Below, in pieces: positions 53,913 through 64,000 of a DNA stretch of 64,000 nucleotides (the first letter of the stretch is position 1; each line of letters starts with the position of its first letter). The position numbers were made by a program, and so were the translations under genes. This DNA is from Chiloscyllium plagiosum (lineage: Eukaryota), in contig NC_057755.1 in assembly GCF_004010195.1 (NCBI RefSeq), positions 4,401,285 to 4,465,284 of the forward strand. Direction: 5' to 3'. Below the pieces are notes generated by a model, which saw only the letters and a list, made by a program, of their open reading frames with translations, searched no databases and had not been told where the DNA came from.

Positions 53913-54938
53913 CTACTCTTTTTCTGTTCTTATTTGCGCTAGAGTTCTCGTTGGCGGTTCCGTGGCTGCACACTGGCTCCAATGGTACCAGCTTTCTCCT
54001 TTCCCCTGTAGTCTGACCGCATGAGATGTCCTCTCCACCACCTTATAAGGTCCTGCCCACCTCGGCTTCGACCACTTCCGTTTGGTCACCTTCAGCAGGA
54101 CCCAGTCTGTGGTGGATGGCGCCTGGCTCTGTAGTTCCCCCTTTTCTGATCCAACCTGTTTGGAGAAAGCTGACACCAGAGCTGTTAGTTGGTCATAGTA
54201 AGGTTTGTACCTTAGAGAGGCTCCTCCTCCCTCTAACATCTGTATTCCAGCTCCTGGTCCCGGGAACTGCTGCCCTGTTGTTAGCTCGTACAGAGTGAAC
54301 CCTGTAATAGAGTTTACTGAGCTTCTAATGGACATTAAAGCTAAGGGTAGGGCATCCACCCAGCTTAACTTTGTTTGGGCACACGCTTTTCCTATTTTTC
54401 CTTTTATGGACTGATTAATTCTTTCCACTTTTCCCTGTGACTGAGGATGGTGCACTGTTCCAAACGCATGTTTCAGTCCTAAAGCTGCTTCAACTTCTTG
54501 CAGGTCTTTATTCTTGAAATGTGTGCCATTATCTGACCTGACTTTCTTTGGAAACCCATGCGTTGGAATGTATTGGTTTATCAAGAATTTGATCACTGTT
54601 TTTGCGTCTTCCTTTTTCGCAGGTATCGCTTCTGGCCAACCAGTGTATGCAAAAGGTACCGGTATCCGTTTACTCTCTCTATCATGTCAGTGTAGTCGAT
54701 CACTATTTCCTGACCTGGCATTCTTGGAAGAGGGAATTTTCCCTCGTGTGGTTTCACTGTTGCTCTCACGTTGTATTCTGTACACGTTCTACATTCCCTG
54801 ATGTAGTTTTCAATCATCGCTGGCAAGGACGGATGCCACCAATGTGTCAGATACCTCTGCATCTGTGTTTTTCCACAATGTGTCAACCCATGAGCTTCCT
54901 GAAGCATAGAAGCCATCAAACCTGGGGGTAGGACTGGT
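53913..54938 (-). pseudogene. pol: ERV integrase (frameshifted)
   Basis: HGLTH...CRTC zinc motif, IDYTDM, SDNGTHF, QSQGKVERIN, C-terminal WAGPYKV. Confidence 0.95.
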
Positions 54939-55670
54939 CTACCATCCGGTGATCTCCCAATCCCTTCTGACTCTGTGGCCCCTCTCTCTCTCTCTCCATA
55001 TTGTCAGTTCATGAGGAGAGGCTTTCTGCTGCTCCTTTATTAACACATTAGCATCGCAGGCAGGCAGCAGGTCATACACTGTTCTCTCTGTTTGCATCAT
55101 TATATACTGTGCTGTATACCCTGCTGCTTTCTTAGCTGCTGAGTCTGCTTCCTGATTACCCTTCGCTACTACTGTATCTGCTTTATCATGTCCTCTACAC
55201 TTGACCACCGCCACTTCCGCAGGTTTCATCAGGGCCTTCGCTAATCTTTTCATATCTTTTTCATGTTTAATTGGGGTTTTTGCTGCTGTTAAGAATCCTG
55301 CCCTGATCCATTGACTGAGTTCTACCTGTATAGCCCCCGCCGCATATGCAGAGTCGGTATAGATATTTACTCTTTTTCCCTCTGACCATTCTAACGCAGC
55401 TATCATTGCCTGTAGTTCAGCCAACTGGGCTGATTCTTTGCCTGTCACTTTTCCTGTCAACACTTCCTCAAATCCCTCACTTGTCTGTCGCACCACTACA
55501 TAGGCTGCTTTAAGTCCTTCAGTTGGATGTCTGTAACAGCACCCATCTGTGAACAGCACTTCTTCTGGGTCTACTAATGGAATTGCCTGTAAGTCTGCCC
55601 TAACTTTGACATCTCTCTGTATCCTTTCCTCACACATGTGTGACTCTCCTTCTCCCAGGTTGTCAGCCAT
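54939..55670 (-). pseudogene. pol: ERV RNase H
   Basis: LFTDGC, SAQLAEL, NIYTDSAYA, GH...GNQEADSAAK motifs. Confidence 0.95.
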
Positions 55671-55699
55671 TTTAATTCCTTCGTGTGTAAAAAATTATG

Positions 55700-57096
55700 T
55701 GTGGTGCATTCAGGATTTTCTCTAACCTGGTTTGCCGCAGTGACGTCATTGTAAAGCTGTTGAGTTCACATAGGCCACTATACTATGTGTCGTCAGTACT
55801 GTTAATGAATGGCCCATGAGTATATGTGCTACCTTTTGGAGAATGTTTGCTACCCCTGCTGCATGTCTTGTACATGGCGGGTGTCTGTCCTCTATTGGGT
55901 CAAGGGTAACACTTACATACATCAGCACCTGCCTGCCTCCCCCTTGTTTCTGAAAAAGAACACCATTTATTGTGTGTTTTTTCAGAAACATTGAGGAAAA
56001 ATGGCTCTTTGTAGTCCGGGACCGCTAAATCAGCAGTCCGCGTTAAAGCCTGTTTAAGAAATATGAAACTTTTGTCTGCCTCCGTGGCCCACTGCAAATG
56101 GGCCGACAAATTTCTCATGCCTTGCTCATTTACCGTGGCCCTGAGAGGGAAAGTGAGCGCCCCATATGACGCAACGAATCGTCTGCTGTATCCTGCCAAC
56201 CCAAGAAATGAGAGCATGTCTTTTACAGCGACTGGTTTGGTATGATGCAGAATGGAGGATCTATGGGACGGAGACACACCTGTTCCCTTAGCGGAAATAA
56301 CTCAACCCAGAAAAGACACCGTTTGTCTGCAGCATTGCAATTTAGCCCGTGAAACTTTAAAGCCGACACTATACAGGTGAAACAGCAACGACTTTGTGGC
56401 TGCCAGACAAGAAACATGATCGGGTGTTGCCAAAAATATGTCACCCACATACTGGATCAATACCACCCCCTTTGGGAGCATCAGGTCCTTCAGCTGCTGT
56501 TTCAATACCTGATTAAACACCCCAGGTGACAAAATAAACCCTTGAGGGACCCTTGTATAACGTAATTGTTGGCCTTTATAGGTAAATGAAAAAATGTCCC
56601 TCAAATGATCAGCTAAGGGCAAACAAAAGAACGCGTTGGCGAGATCAATGCACGAGAACCATTTATGGTCAGGGGTCAGCACAGACAGTCTAAGATCATG
56701 TGCCATCCTATATTTACCTGTATTCTGCTTCTCTACAGGTAAGATAGGAGTGTTCCAGGGTGACCGGGAGGGTTCTAGCACCCCTGCTGCTAACAATCCT
56801 TCGATTGTGTCAGCAATGCCGGCTTCAGCCTCTGGTTTGTGTGAGTATTGTCTCTGCCAAATTGGAGTGTGGTCTATTAAATCGAATGTGATTGGTGTGA
56901 CGTGTTTACAGTGACCAACGTCCATTGAACCTGCTGACCACAAGGTATCTGGTAGAGAGTCAAGCATCGCCGCAGCCTGTGGACGGTCTGTTTTCTCCCT
57001 ACCATGAAACCTTTCAATCTGCCTATGTTCCAGCAGTATCTTGTCAGTTGTCCTACAAATAATTCTGTAGGCTTCCTCCGATGGTGAATATTGCAA
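55700..57096 (-). pseudogene. pol: ERV reverse transcriptase and connection domain (stop, frameshifts, YVDD to YVGD)
   Basis: SPWNTPILPV, YRMAHDLR, IDLANAFF, RVPQGF, QYVGDI, VSFLG, SFLGLAGYSRRF motifs. Confidence 0.95.
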
Positions 57097-57099
57097 ACC

Positions 57100-57493
57100 G
57101 AGTCCACACCCAGTCCGTTAACGCCATCAAGCGTTTGGACATAGGTCCCAGATCCTTGGCCTGATATTCAGCATGCACGGCCAATGTGACATGAGGTATA
57201 GCTTCTTCAGACATCTCATACCATTCCAACTGTTCTGCAGTTAGTTCAACAACACCCGCCACACCTTCTTTCCCTAGCAGAATGCAACTGGAAGAAATGT
57301 CCCATTGAGTCCCTTCTAGGTGCTGATAGAATACATGCTGATAGATGTCATTATCATCTCGATCATAATATAAAGTAACATGGAGGAGATCTGCAGGAGG
57401 AGCAGAGGGATGCAGCATCTGAACCCAGGGTCGCCATTGGTTGTATAAAGACTGTATGCAGTTGTTCTGCCTGCTTTCGGGTTCGAGGAGTCC
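57100..57493 (-). pseudogene. 2H phosphoesterase (CNPase-like) domain within Pol, between protease and RT
   Basis: Two H-x-T-hydrophobic motifs: LLHVTLYY (57382-57371) and PHVTLAV (57193-57182), 63 codons apart and in the protease frame. Confidence 0.82.
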
Positions 57494-57949
57494 CTAGTAT
57501 ATATCCGCCCACTGCCCTTCTGCCGTTGGTGATGTGTCCGGTGATAGCATCATTTGGGATCCAGAGTGAATCATTGTCATGGAACAGTTGACGGAGTAGC
57601 CATTTGGAAAGGTCACTACCAGTCCGTCTGGTCCGCACAGAACCAAGACCCCGCATCTCACCAGCAAGTCACGGCCCATCAGATTCCCAGGGCATGCAGG
57701 TGATGAAATATACCGGTGACGAAAGGTCTGTCCGGCCACTGATGTGATCAGTGGCGACGTCAAAGGCAGACTTTCTGGTTTACCCGAGAACCCTACTAAC
57801 TGGACGCTGGAGGATGACATGTTTGACCGAGGTATGTCACAAGAAAATCTTGCACCCGTTTCAACCAAAAATGACAGATTCTTGTCCATTACCCTCATTT
57901 GCATATAGGGGTCTGCCAACCTCACATGCCCCTGGGTTCTCGGGCCCCG
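57494..57949 (-). pseudogene. pro: ERV aspartic protease (catalytic DTG mutated to ETG)
   Basis: SFLVETGARFS and CPGNLMGRDLL motifs; in frame with gag after a TGA. Confidence 0.9.
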
Positions 57950-60230
57950 TCAATATTCGTACCCCTGCCCTTCCAGCATAGTTTGGGGGTACTGTCCTTG
58001 CCCCGGGGCTGCAGCTGCATTCGGGACTTGGTAAGGCTGAACAGCCTGTTGAAAAGGAGGCTGACTTGAGCGGACAGACTGTCCTCGGATCGATCCCTGG
58101 TCTCCCTGGGTTCCCCACAGCGTGGGACAATCCCTTCTCCAATGTCCGGGTTGGCCACATTCAAAACAGGTGTTGAGTGGCTGACCTCTGAATCCTCCGC
58201 GGCCCCTTCCTCTGCCTCGCATTCCTCCTGGAACACCTATAGGCCTGCCCCCATACTGGGGCTCGTGTGGCATCCAATCAGGTGTTTTGTTGTTTTGTGG
58301 CGACGGCCACGGAACCATCTGATTCGTCGTCTTTTGGGAGGCCTTCTTTGTATCATTAGCCTTCCTTCTAGCCTCATCGAGCTGTAACTTCAGCAACTGC
58401 GCTTTAGCTGACTCGTTGCTCTGTTTATCCTCATCCTGTTTCGTCCTGTAACGCTTCATGTGGTGCGTCAAGTATTTCTCCCACTGTTCTGTAGAACAAC
58501 CTGGGATATCAGGATTACTCTCCATTGCCTCTTTTACTTCCTCAGGCATCCCTGCCATAACGGCATTCCTAAATAACGTGGTCTGTAGCTGACCCGAACC
58601 TGGATGGCTCCCCGCAGTATCTGAGGTAAAAACACTGACTGCAGATGCTGGAAACCAGATTCTGGATTAGTGGTGCTGGAAGAGCACAGCAGTTCAGGCA
58701 GCATCCAAGGAGCAGTGAAATCGACGTTCCTGATGAAGGGCTTTTGCCCGAAACGTCGATTTCGAAGCTCCTTGGATGCTGCCTGAACTGCTGTGCTCTT
58801 CCAGCACCACTAATCCAGAATCCCCGCAGTATCTGCCCACGTGCCCTTACACCTAGCCAAAATGGCAGGCATATCCTCTCCCTCCTTCATTGTGAAGGTG
58901 AGTGAGTGCATTGCTCCCAGTGGAATCGGAAATCTCTTCCTCATTGCCCTCCCCACACAGGTGGCACGCTGCGCGAACGGGTCTGAATCAGGTAGTAAGG
59001 TGGTCCCCGCAGACGCTTCAATCTGCTGTATTTTCCACATATTCAATTGCTTGCCCAACAATGCTCTCCAATCACCCATAGCTAACTTGTGCCCGAGTGT
59101 ATATTGGCAAAATTTAGTTAACCAGGGCCCACCTCCCTCCGTGGGTGGGGGCATTTTGTCCAGGATGCAGTTCATGTCAGTAAATGTGAAGGGCTGATAA
59201 ACATCCCCCCAAATAAGAGCCTCTGTAAATTAATAGCATTTGGTGGTGCTGATACTGTACGGGTTGTCGTAATGTGTCTCTGTGACGCAGGTTGTAACTT
59301 GGTTCAGGTAGGGGCTTCAGTGGAGGGCCATGTTCGGTATGCATTGTGAGTGAGCCTTTCAAAGTGACTGGGTAGGTGTTTGGATCATCGCCTGTCAGGG
59401 ATTCTTCGTCCTCAATATCTGTACTATTTTTAGACTCCCCCCCCCCCCAATCCAATTTCTCTCTATCCCGTTCTTCCCTCAAATCTCTCCTTCTTCTGTC
59501 TGAGAACCCNNNNNNNNNNNNNNNNNNNNNNNNNNNNNNNNNNNNNNNNNNNNNNNNNNNNNNNNNNNNNNNNNNNNNNNNNNNNNNNNNNNNNNNNNNN
59601 NNNNNNNNNNNNNNNNNNNNNNNNNNNNNNNNNNNNNNNNNNNNNNNNNNNNNNNNNNNNNNNNNNNNNNNNNNNNNNNNNNNNNNNNNNNNNNNNNNNN
59701 NNNNNNNNNNNNNNNNNNNNNNNNNNNNNNNNNNNNNNNNNNNNNNNNNNNNNNNNNNNNNNNNNNNNNNNNNNNNNNNNNNNNNNNNNNNNNNNNNNNN
59801 NNNNNNNNNNNNNNNNNNNNNNNNNNNNNNNNNNNNNNNNNNNNNNNNNNNNNNNNNNNNNNNNNNNNNNNNNNNNNNNNNNNNNNNNNNNNNNNNNNNN
59901 NNNNNNNNNNNNNNNNNNNNNNNNNNNNNNNNNNNNNNNNNNNNNNNNNNNNNNNNNNNNNNNNNNNNNNNNNNNNNNNNNNNNNNNNNNNNNNNNNNNN
60001 NTCCTCCCAAATCTTGTCATATTTCTCCATCATTGTTTTTTGTTTGTTCTTTGCGAGCCCACTGACTAACTGACTTCTGGCTTTACCCCACTGCTGTTTT
60101 ACGGGCAACATTAAATCGGAATAACATCCTCCGTATTCTTCACACTCTTTCTCAAATTCCCCTTCCGTTTTATGTAGTTTTGTTTTTAATCCTCCCGTCC
60201 AGCAGTCAGTTGGTTTGAATATAAATATAT
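57950..60230 (-). pseudogene. gag: ERV gag (disrupted; partly in N gap; 5' boundary approximate)
   Basis: ORF 57950-58558 has an RGG-rich segment and one CCHC knuckle (CFECGQPGHWRRDC); upstream capsid-like ORF 58810-59175 is separated by a 197-bp insertion. Confidence 0.88.
58624..58820. mobile_element. Short palindromic Penelope-derived insertion in ERV gag with intact hammerhead core
   Basis: CTGATGAAGGGCTTTTGCCCGAAACGTC at 58730-58757; 15-bp TSD tccccgcagtatctg (58609-58623, 58821-58835). Confidence 0.9.
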
Positions 60231-60326
60231 TCATTCCTGAAGAAGGGCTAATGCCCGAAACGTCGATTCTCCTGTTCCCTGGATGCTGCCTGACCTGCTG
60301 CGCTTTTCCAGCAACACATTTCCATC
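60230..60326 (+). mobile_element. 97-bp single-arm hammerhead-bearing insertion in ERV leader/gag start
   Basis: CTGAAGAAGGGCTAATGCCCGAAACGTC at 60237-60264; 15-bp TSD ttgaatataaatata (60215-60229, 60327-60341). Confidence 0.88.
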
Positions 60327-60597
60327 TTGAATATAAATATAACCAAGCAACCAACCCAATCAGAGACGAATCCGGTGGCCAGTCAGTTTGGATGGAGGAC
60401 ACCCGAGCAACTGACCCTTTCAGCGAGATTTATCCGCAGTTTCGGTGTCACCGTTAGGTTTCCACTGCCGACTCTCTCTCGCTGAGACACCACCGTCTCT
60501 GTCTCCGAGACACTACTGGCTTTTCTGCCACCCTCCGTACGTTCCCCAATAAAATTTTTAAAACTTACAACACATCAATCATAAACCAAAATTTGTG

Positions 60598-60820
60598 AGC
60601 GTTGCTTTTATGAGATCCTGCTCAATGGACTTTAAACCTCCTCACACTTATGTACCTTGTTGCTTTTATGAGGACTCTAACCTCAAGGGACTTTAAACCC
60701 GTACGTATCTTGTTGCTTTTATGAGGACTTTAACCCCAAGGGACTTTAAACCCGTACGTCTCAAACTTTGTTGCTTTTATGGGGACTGTAACCCCACGGG
60801 ACTTTAAACCCGTACGTATT
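60598..60820. repeat. Tandem ~53-58 bp repeats (4 copies) in the ERV 5' leader
   Basis: Unit ttgttgcttttatgaggactctaacctcaagggactttaaacccgtacgt near 60600 (diverged), 60657, 60710 and 60768. Confidence 0.9.
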
Positions 60821-61015
60821 AGATCAATACTTTATCCACTTACTATTACTAGGACACTTGCAGCATAATGACAACAATCAATTTAGTATCTCCAATTGCA
60901 GACCTTCGATATAAACAGGCGTCTGCTCACCTTTTTTATGCGGCGCCGCTTGTTGTTGTCATCAGACGTCAGTTGTCCGTTGTTTCTATTTTTCTCTCTT
61001 TCCCGTCACGTCTTC

Positions 61016-61033
61016 ATCACGTCAGGCTCACCA
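61016..61033 (-). promoter_or_regulatory. Primer binding site, tRNA-Trp type
   Basis: Minus strand TGGTGAGCCTGACGTGAT lies 3 nt after the LTR; 16/18 match to the tRNA-Trp PBS TGGTGACCCCGACGTGAT (recalled, not searched). Confidence 0.85.
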
Positions 61034-61036
61034 AAT

Positions 61037-61619
61037 TGTAAGACTTTGGCTCAATCTACCAGCTTACTTTCTTCTAAGTGTGAGCCCAGTCCTGCGTGTT
61101 CTTTAAATGAAGCAATAGGAGAAGATATTCGGTCTCACACTCTAAGTTTATATTAGCAGTAAGTGGACAAAGTATACAGAGCTCTGGGTCTAGACCTTTC
61201 TGTCCCTGACAAACTACAACGTGTGTCAGTTCCCAAAAGTAAGACCTCTTCCTGTCCCTGCCCCAGTCTTTTCTACAATAAAAAACCTCGTGCAATCACT
61301 GAGGTGGGATTGTCTTCTGATTGGCTGTTGATTCGCCTCCAATCTCCGCCTCCTCGCGTTCCCGGATGTCCGACCCCACGTGACCTTCTTTTGCCCGCAA
61401 AACGGAGCACCACGTGACCTCCTCCTGCGTGCGCAACAGAGCATCACGTGACCTCCTCCCGCGCGCGCAACAGAGCACCACGTGACCTCCTCGCGCGCGC
61501 AAGAGCATCACGTGACCTCCTTCTGCGCGCATTACCCAGCATCACCAAAGTCTTCTGAATGCCGAGTACATTTACACTCGCAGCCAGTCACCTATTTACA
61601 AGTAAGCCATATACTTACA
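61037..61619 (-). repeat. 5' LTR of the ERV (583 bp)
   Basis: Minus strand begins TGTAAGTATATGG and ends AAAGTCTTACA; aligns with 51407-51871; followed by the PBS. Confidence 0.95.
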
Positions 61620-63129
61620 GTATCCAACTATATGCCCCACTCCTGGGAGTAGCCGAGAGGACAACGTAGTGGGAGATTTACTCTGTATCTAATACCACAC
61701 TTTCACTGATCTGGGAGTGTTTGATGGGACAGTGTAGAGGGATCTTTCCTCTGTATCTGAATCCATTCTCCCCAGACTCTGGGAGATTCAGATGGAGGAA
61801 GTGTAGAAGGACACATGCTCTCTATCTAACCCAGTGATGGTGCTGCCCTGAGTGTGTTTGCTGGGGACACGATAGGGGAAGTGGGTGATTTAATCAATAC
61901 CTAACCCCACGCTGGACACGGCCGGGCAATTTAAACCCTGCAGTGTAGAGACAGCTTTACTCTGTATCTAACCCCACTCTCTACTTGCTCTGGAGATTTA
62001 GATGTGGATGGTTTAGATATGGGGAGTCTGGTGAAATGGTAGGAGAACTGAAATAAAGTGAGATGTGAAGTGATCCTTGTTGGATGTGAGACTGAAGACA
62101 AGATAAACTAAACGGTCAAATGTTACATTGGGAGTAGGAACACAGAAAGCTGCTGATTCATTTCTGTTCTGTTACATATCTTTAAGTTTCAGATTGAGAC
62201 TGAATCACAATGGGGAAAGTCTGAAAAGCTGTTTACTGTCCCACATTAATGCATCATCAAAACATGAATTCCCTTTGCAGAGATAGGAAATGGAGTCAGC
62301 TCTTTGAAGGTGTCTGTGTCTCTGTGTGTATCTCTGTGCATCTGTCTGCCTGGAGTGTGTGTCTGCTTATGTGTGATTCTATGTGAGTGTGTTCAATGTN
62401 NNNNNNNNNNNNNNNNNNNNNNNNNNNNNNNNNNNNNNNNNNNNNNNNNNNNNNNNNNNNNNNNNNNNNNNNNNNNNNNNNNNNNNNNNNNNNNNNNNNN
62501 NNNNNNNNNNNNNNNNNNNNNNNNNNNNNNNNNNNNNNNNNNNNNNNNNNNNNNNNNNNNNNNNNNNNNNNNNNNNNNNNNNNNNNNNNNNNNNNNNNNN
62601 NNNNNNNNNNNNNNNNNNNNNNNNNNNNNNNNNNNNNNNNNNNNNNNNNNNNNNNNNNNNNNNNNNNNNNNNNNNNNNNNNNNNNNNNNNNNNNNNNNNN
62701 NNNNNNNNNNNNNNNNNNNNNNNNNNNNNNNNNNNNNNNNNNNNNNNNNNNNNNNNNNNNNNNNNNNNNNNNNNNNNNNNNNNNNNNNNNNNNNNNNNNN
62801 NNNNNNNNNNNNNNNNNNNNNNNNNNNNNNNNNNNNNNNNNNNNNNNNNNNNNNNNNNNNNNNNNNNNNNNNNNNNNNNNNNNNNNNNNNNNNNNNNNNT
62901 TGCGCTTCGGCGGGTCGGTGTGGACATGTTGGGCCGAAGGGCCTGTTTCCACACTGTAATGTAATGTAATCTAATAATCTGATATATCTCTCAGAATGCA
63001 CTCGAAGAACTTACCCAGCACTGACGTCAGGTCACTGGTCTGCTTTTCCTTGCAGCCTTTCATTAATAATGACACAAGATTAGCCACCCTCCAGTCTGCC
63101 AGTCGGTCACCCGTGGCTATCGATCACAC

Positions 63130-63400
63130 AATCTGCCTCACAGCACCATAGGAACGGGTTTGACTTGGGTGACTGTCTGTGTGGAGTTTGTGCGTTCTTC
63201 CCGTGTCTGCGTGCATTTCCTCCGGGTGCTCCGGTTTCCTCCCACAATCCAAAGATGCGCAGATTAGGTGAATTGGCCATGCCAAATTGCCCATAGTGTT
63301 AGGGGAATGGGTCTGGGTGGGTTACTCTTCGGCGGGTGTGTGTGTGGAGTTGTTAGGCTGAAGGGCCTGTTTCCATACTGTAGGGAATCTAACCTAATCT
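63130..63400 (+). mobile_element. HE1-like V-SINE
   Basis: ctgcctcacagcacc...gtgtggagtttg...gtgtctgcgtg...ttcctccgggtgctccggtttcctcccaca V-domain; CR1-like tail aagggcctgtttcc...aatct. Confidence 0.8.
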
Positions 63401-63589
63401 GTTCAAGTCCTCAGCCCCAAAATCTGTATCTGGATCATCAATGCCCTTCCATCCATTGTAATTTCTAAATTAGAGATGCTTTCTCATGATCGAACCTTGT
63501 TCAGCGTCATTAATGTCTCAGTCGATAATGAAGATGTCTGTGTCCAGATACCCCCTAGGTTGGGCTGATAATTGACAAGTAATATTTGC

Positions 63590-63686
63590 AGCTGGAAATG
63601 TGTTGCTGGAAAAGCGCAGCAGGTCAGGCAGCATCCAGGGAACAGGAGAATCGACGTTTCGGGCATAAGCCCTTCTTCAGGAATGA
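63590..63686 (-). mobile_element. Single-arm hammerhead-bearing Penelope-derived element
   Basis: Near-identical reverse complement of 60230-60326; core at 63680-63653. Confidence 0.85.
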
Positions 63687-64000
63687 GGAAAGTTTGTAGA
63701 GGTAAATAGGAGGGTCGGGTCACATGCACGTTCCCTTTCAAGCCAGATTTCATTCTGACTCAGAAATATCATGCAGTTCCGTCATTCTTGCTGGGTAAAA
63801 ATCCTGCAACATTTCATGGGTACGTTTAAAAATAATCACAATTCCCGAACCTGCCAGAGATTCTCACTGAACCCAAGTGGTGGTTAGTAACCAAAGGATG
63901 TCCCATATCACAGAGAGCAGGAAAACATCCAAGGTTAAAGGCTGGTTGCTTGTTGCTGAGGTTCCGCCGAATTCAAGTCGTCAGTTATCCCAGCGATAAT

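Larger units (their letters stand above)
51407..61619 (-). mobile_element. Endogenous retrovirus, near full-length degenerate provirus (class I, gamma/epsilon-like, fish type)
   Basis: Two similar LTRs with TG...CA ends, PBS and PPT in the correct positions, gag-pro-(2H)-RT-RNaseH-IN-env order on the minus strand; 4-bp flanks gaat (51403-51406) and gtat (61620-61623) match at 3 of 4 positions. Confidence 0.97.

Noticed and set aside
57100..58820. Functional pairing of the ERV 2H phosphodiesterase with hammerheads, which leave 2',3'-cyclic phosphates
   Set aside because: The hammerhead elements are later insertions with TSDs that disrupt the provirus and also occur elsewhere in the window; co-location is incidental.

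Overview
This is eukaryotic, repeat-rich genomic DNA with nine N-gaps. It is most likely from a shark or other cartilaginous fish, inferred from HE1-like SINEs, CR1-type LINE tails and GPR139-like receptors. Host genes: an intact two-exon GPR139/GPR142-like GPCR (37798-40184), a pseudogene paralog (17895-18790) on a duplicated block, and an isolated SLC43A-like terminal exon (42254-42505). The main element is a near-complete, degenerate 10.2 kb class I (gamma/epsilon-like) endogenous retrovirus on the minus strand (51407-61619). It has both LTRs, a tRNA-Trp-type PBS, a PPT, gag, an in-frame UGA gag-pol junction, protease, RT, RNase H, integrase and env, plus a 2H-phosphoesterase (two HVTL motifs) between protease and RT. 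Also present: a second, highly decayed complex ERV-like remnant (10.3-17.1 kb, +), a remnant with a coiled-coil gag and an unusual fusion-protein-like env (22.1-23.9 kb, -), a SCAN-domain Gmr1-like Gypsy element, and Penelope-derived short insertions carrying hammerhead-ribozyme cores with 12-15 bp target-site duplications. All assignments come from motif reading by eye; no database searches were run.
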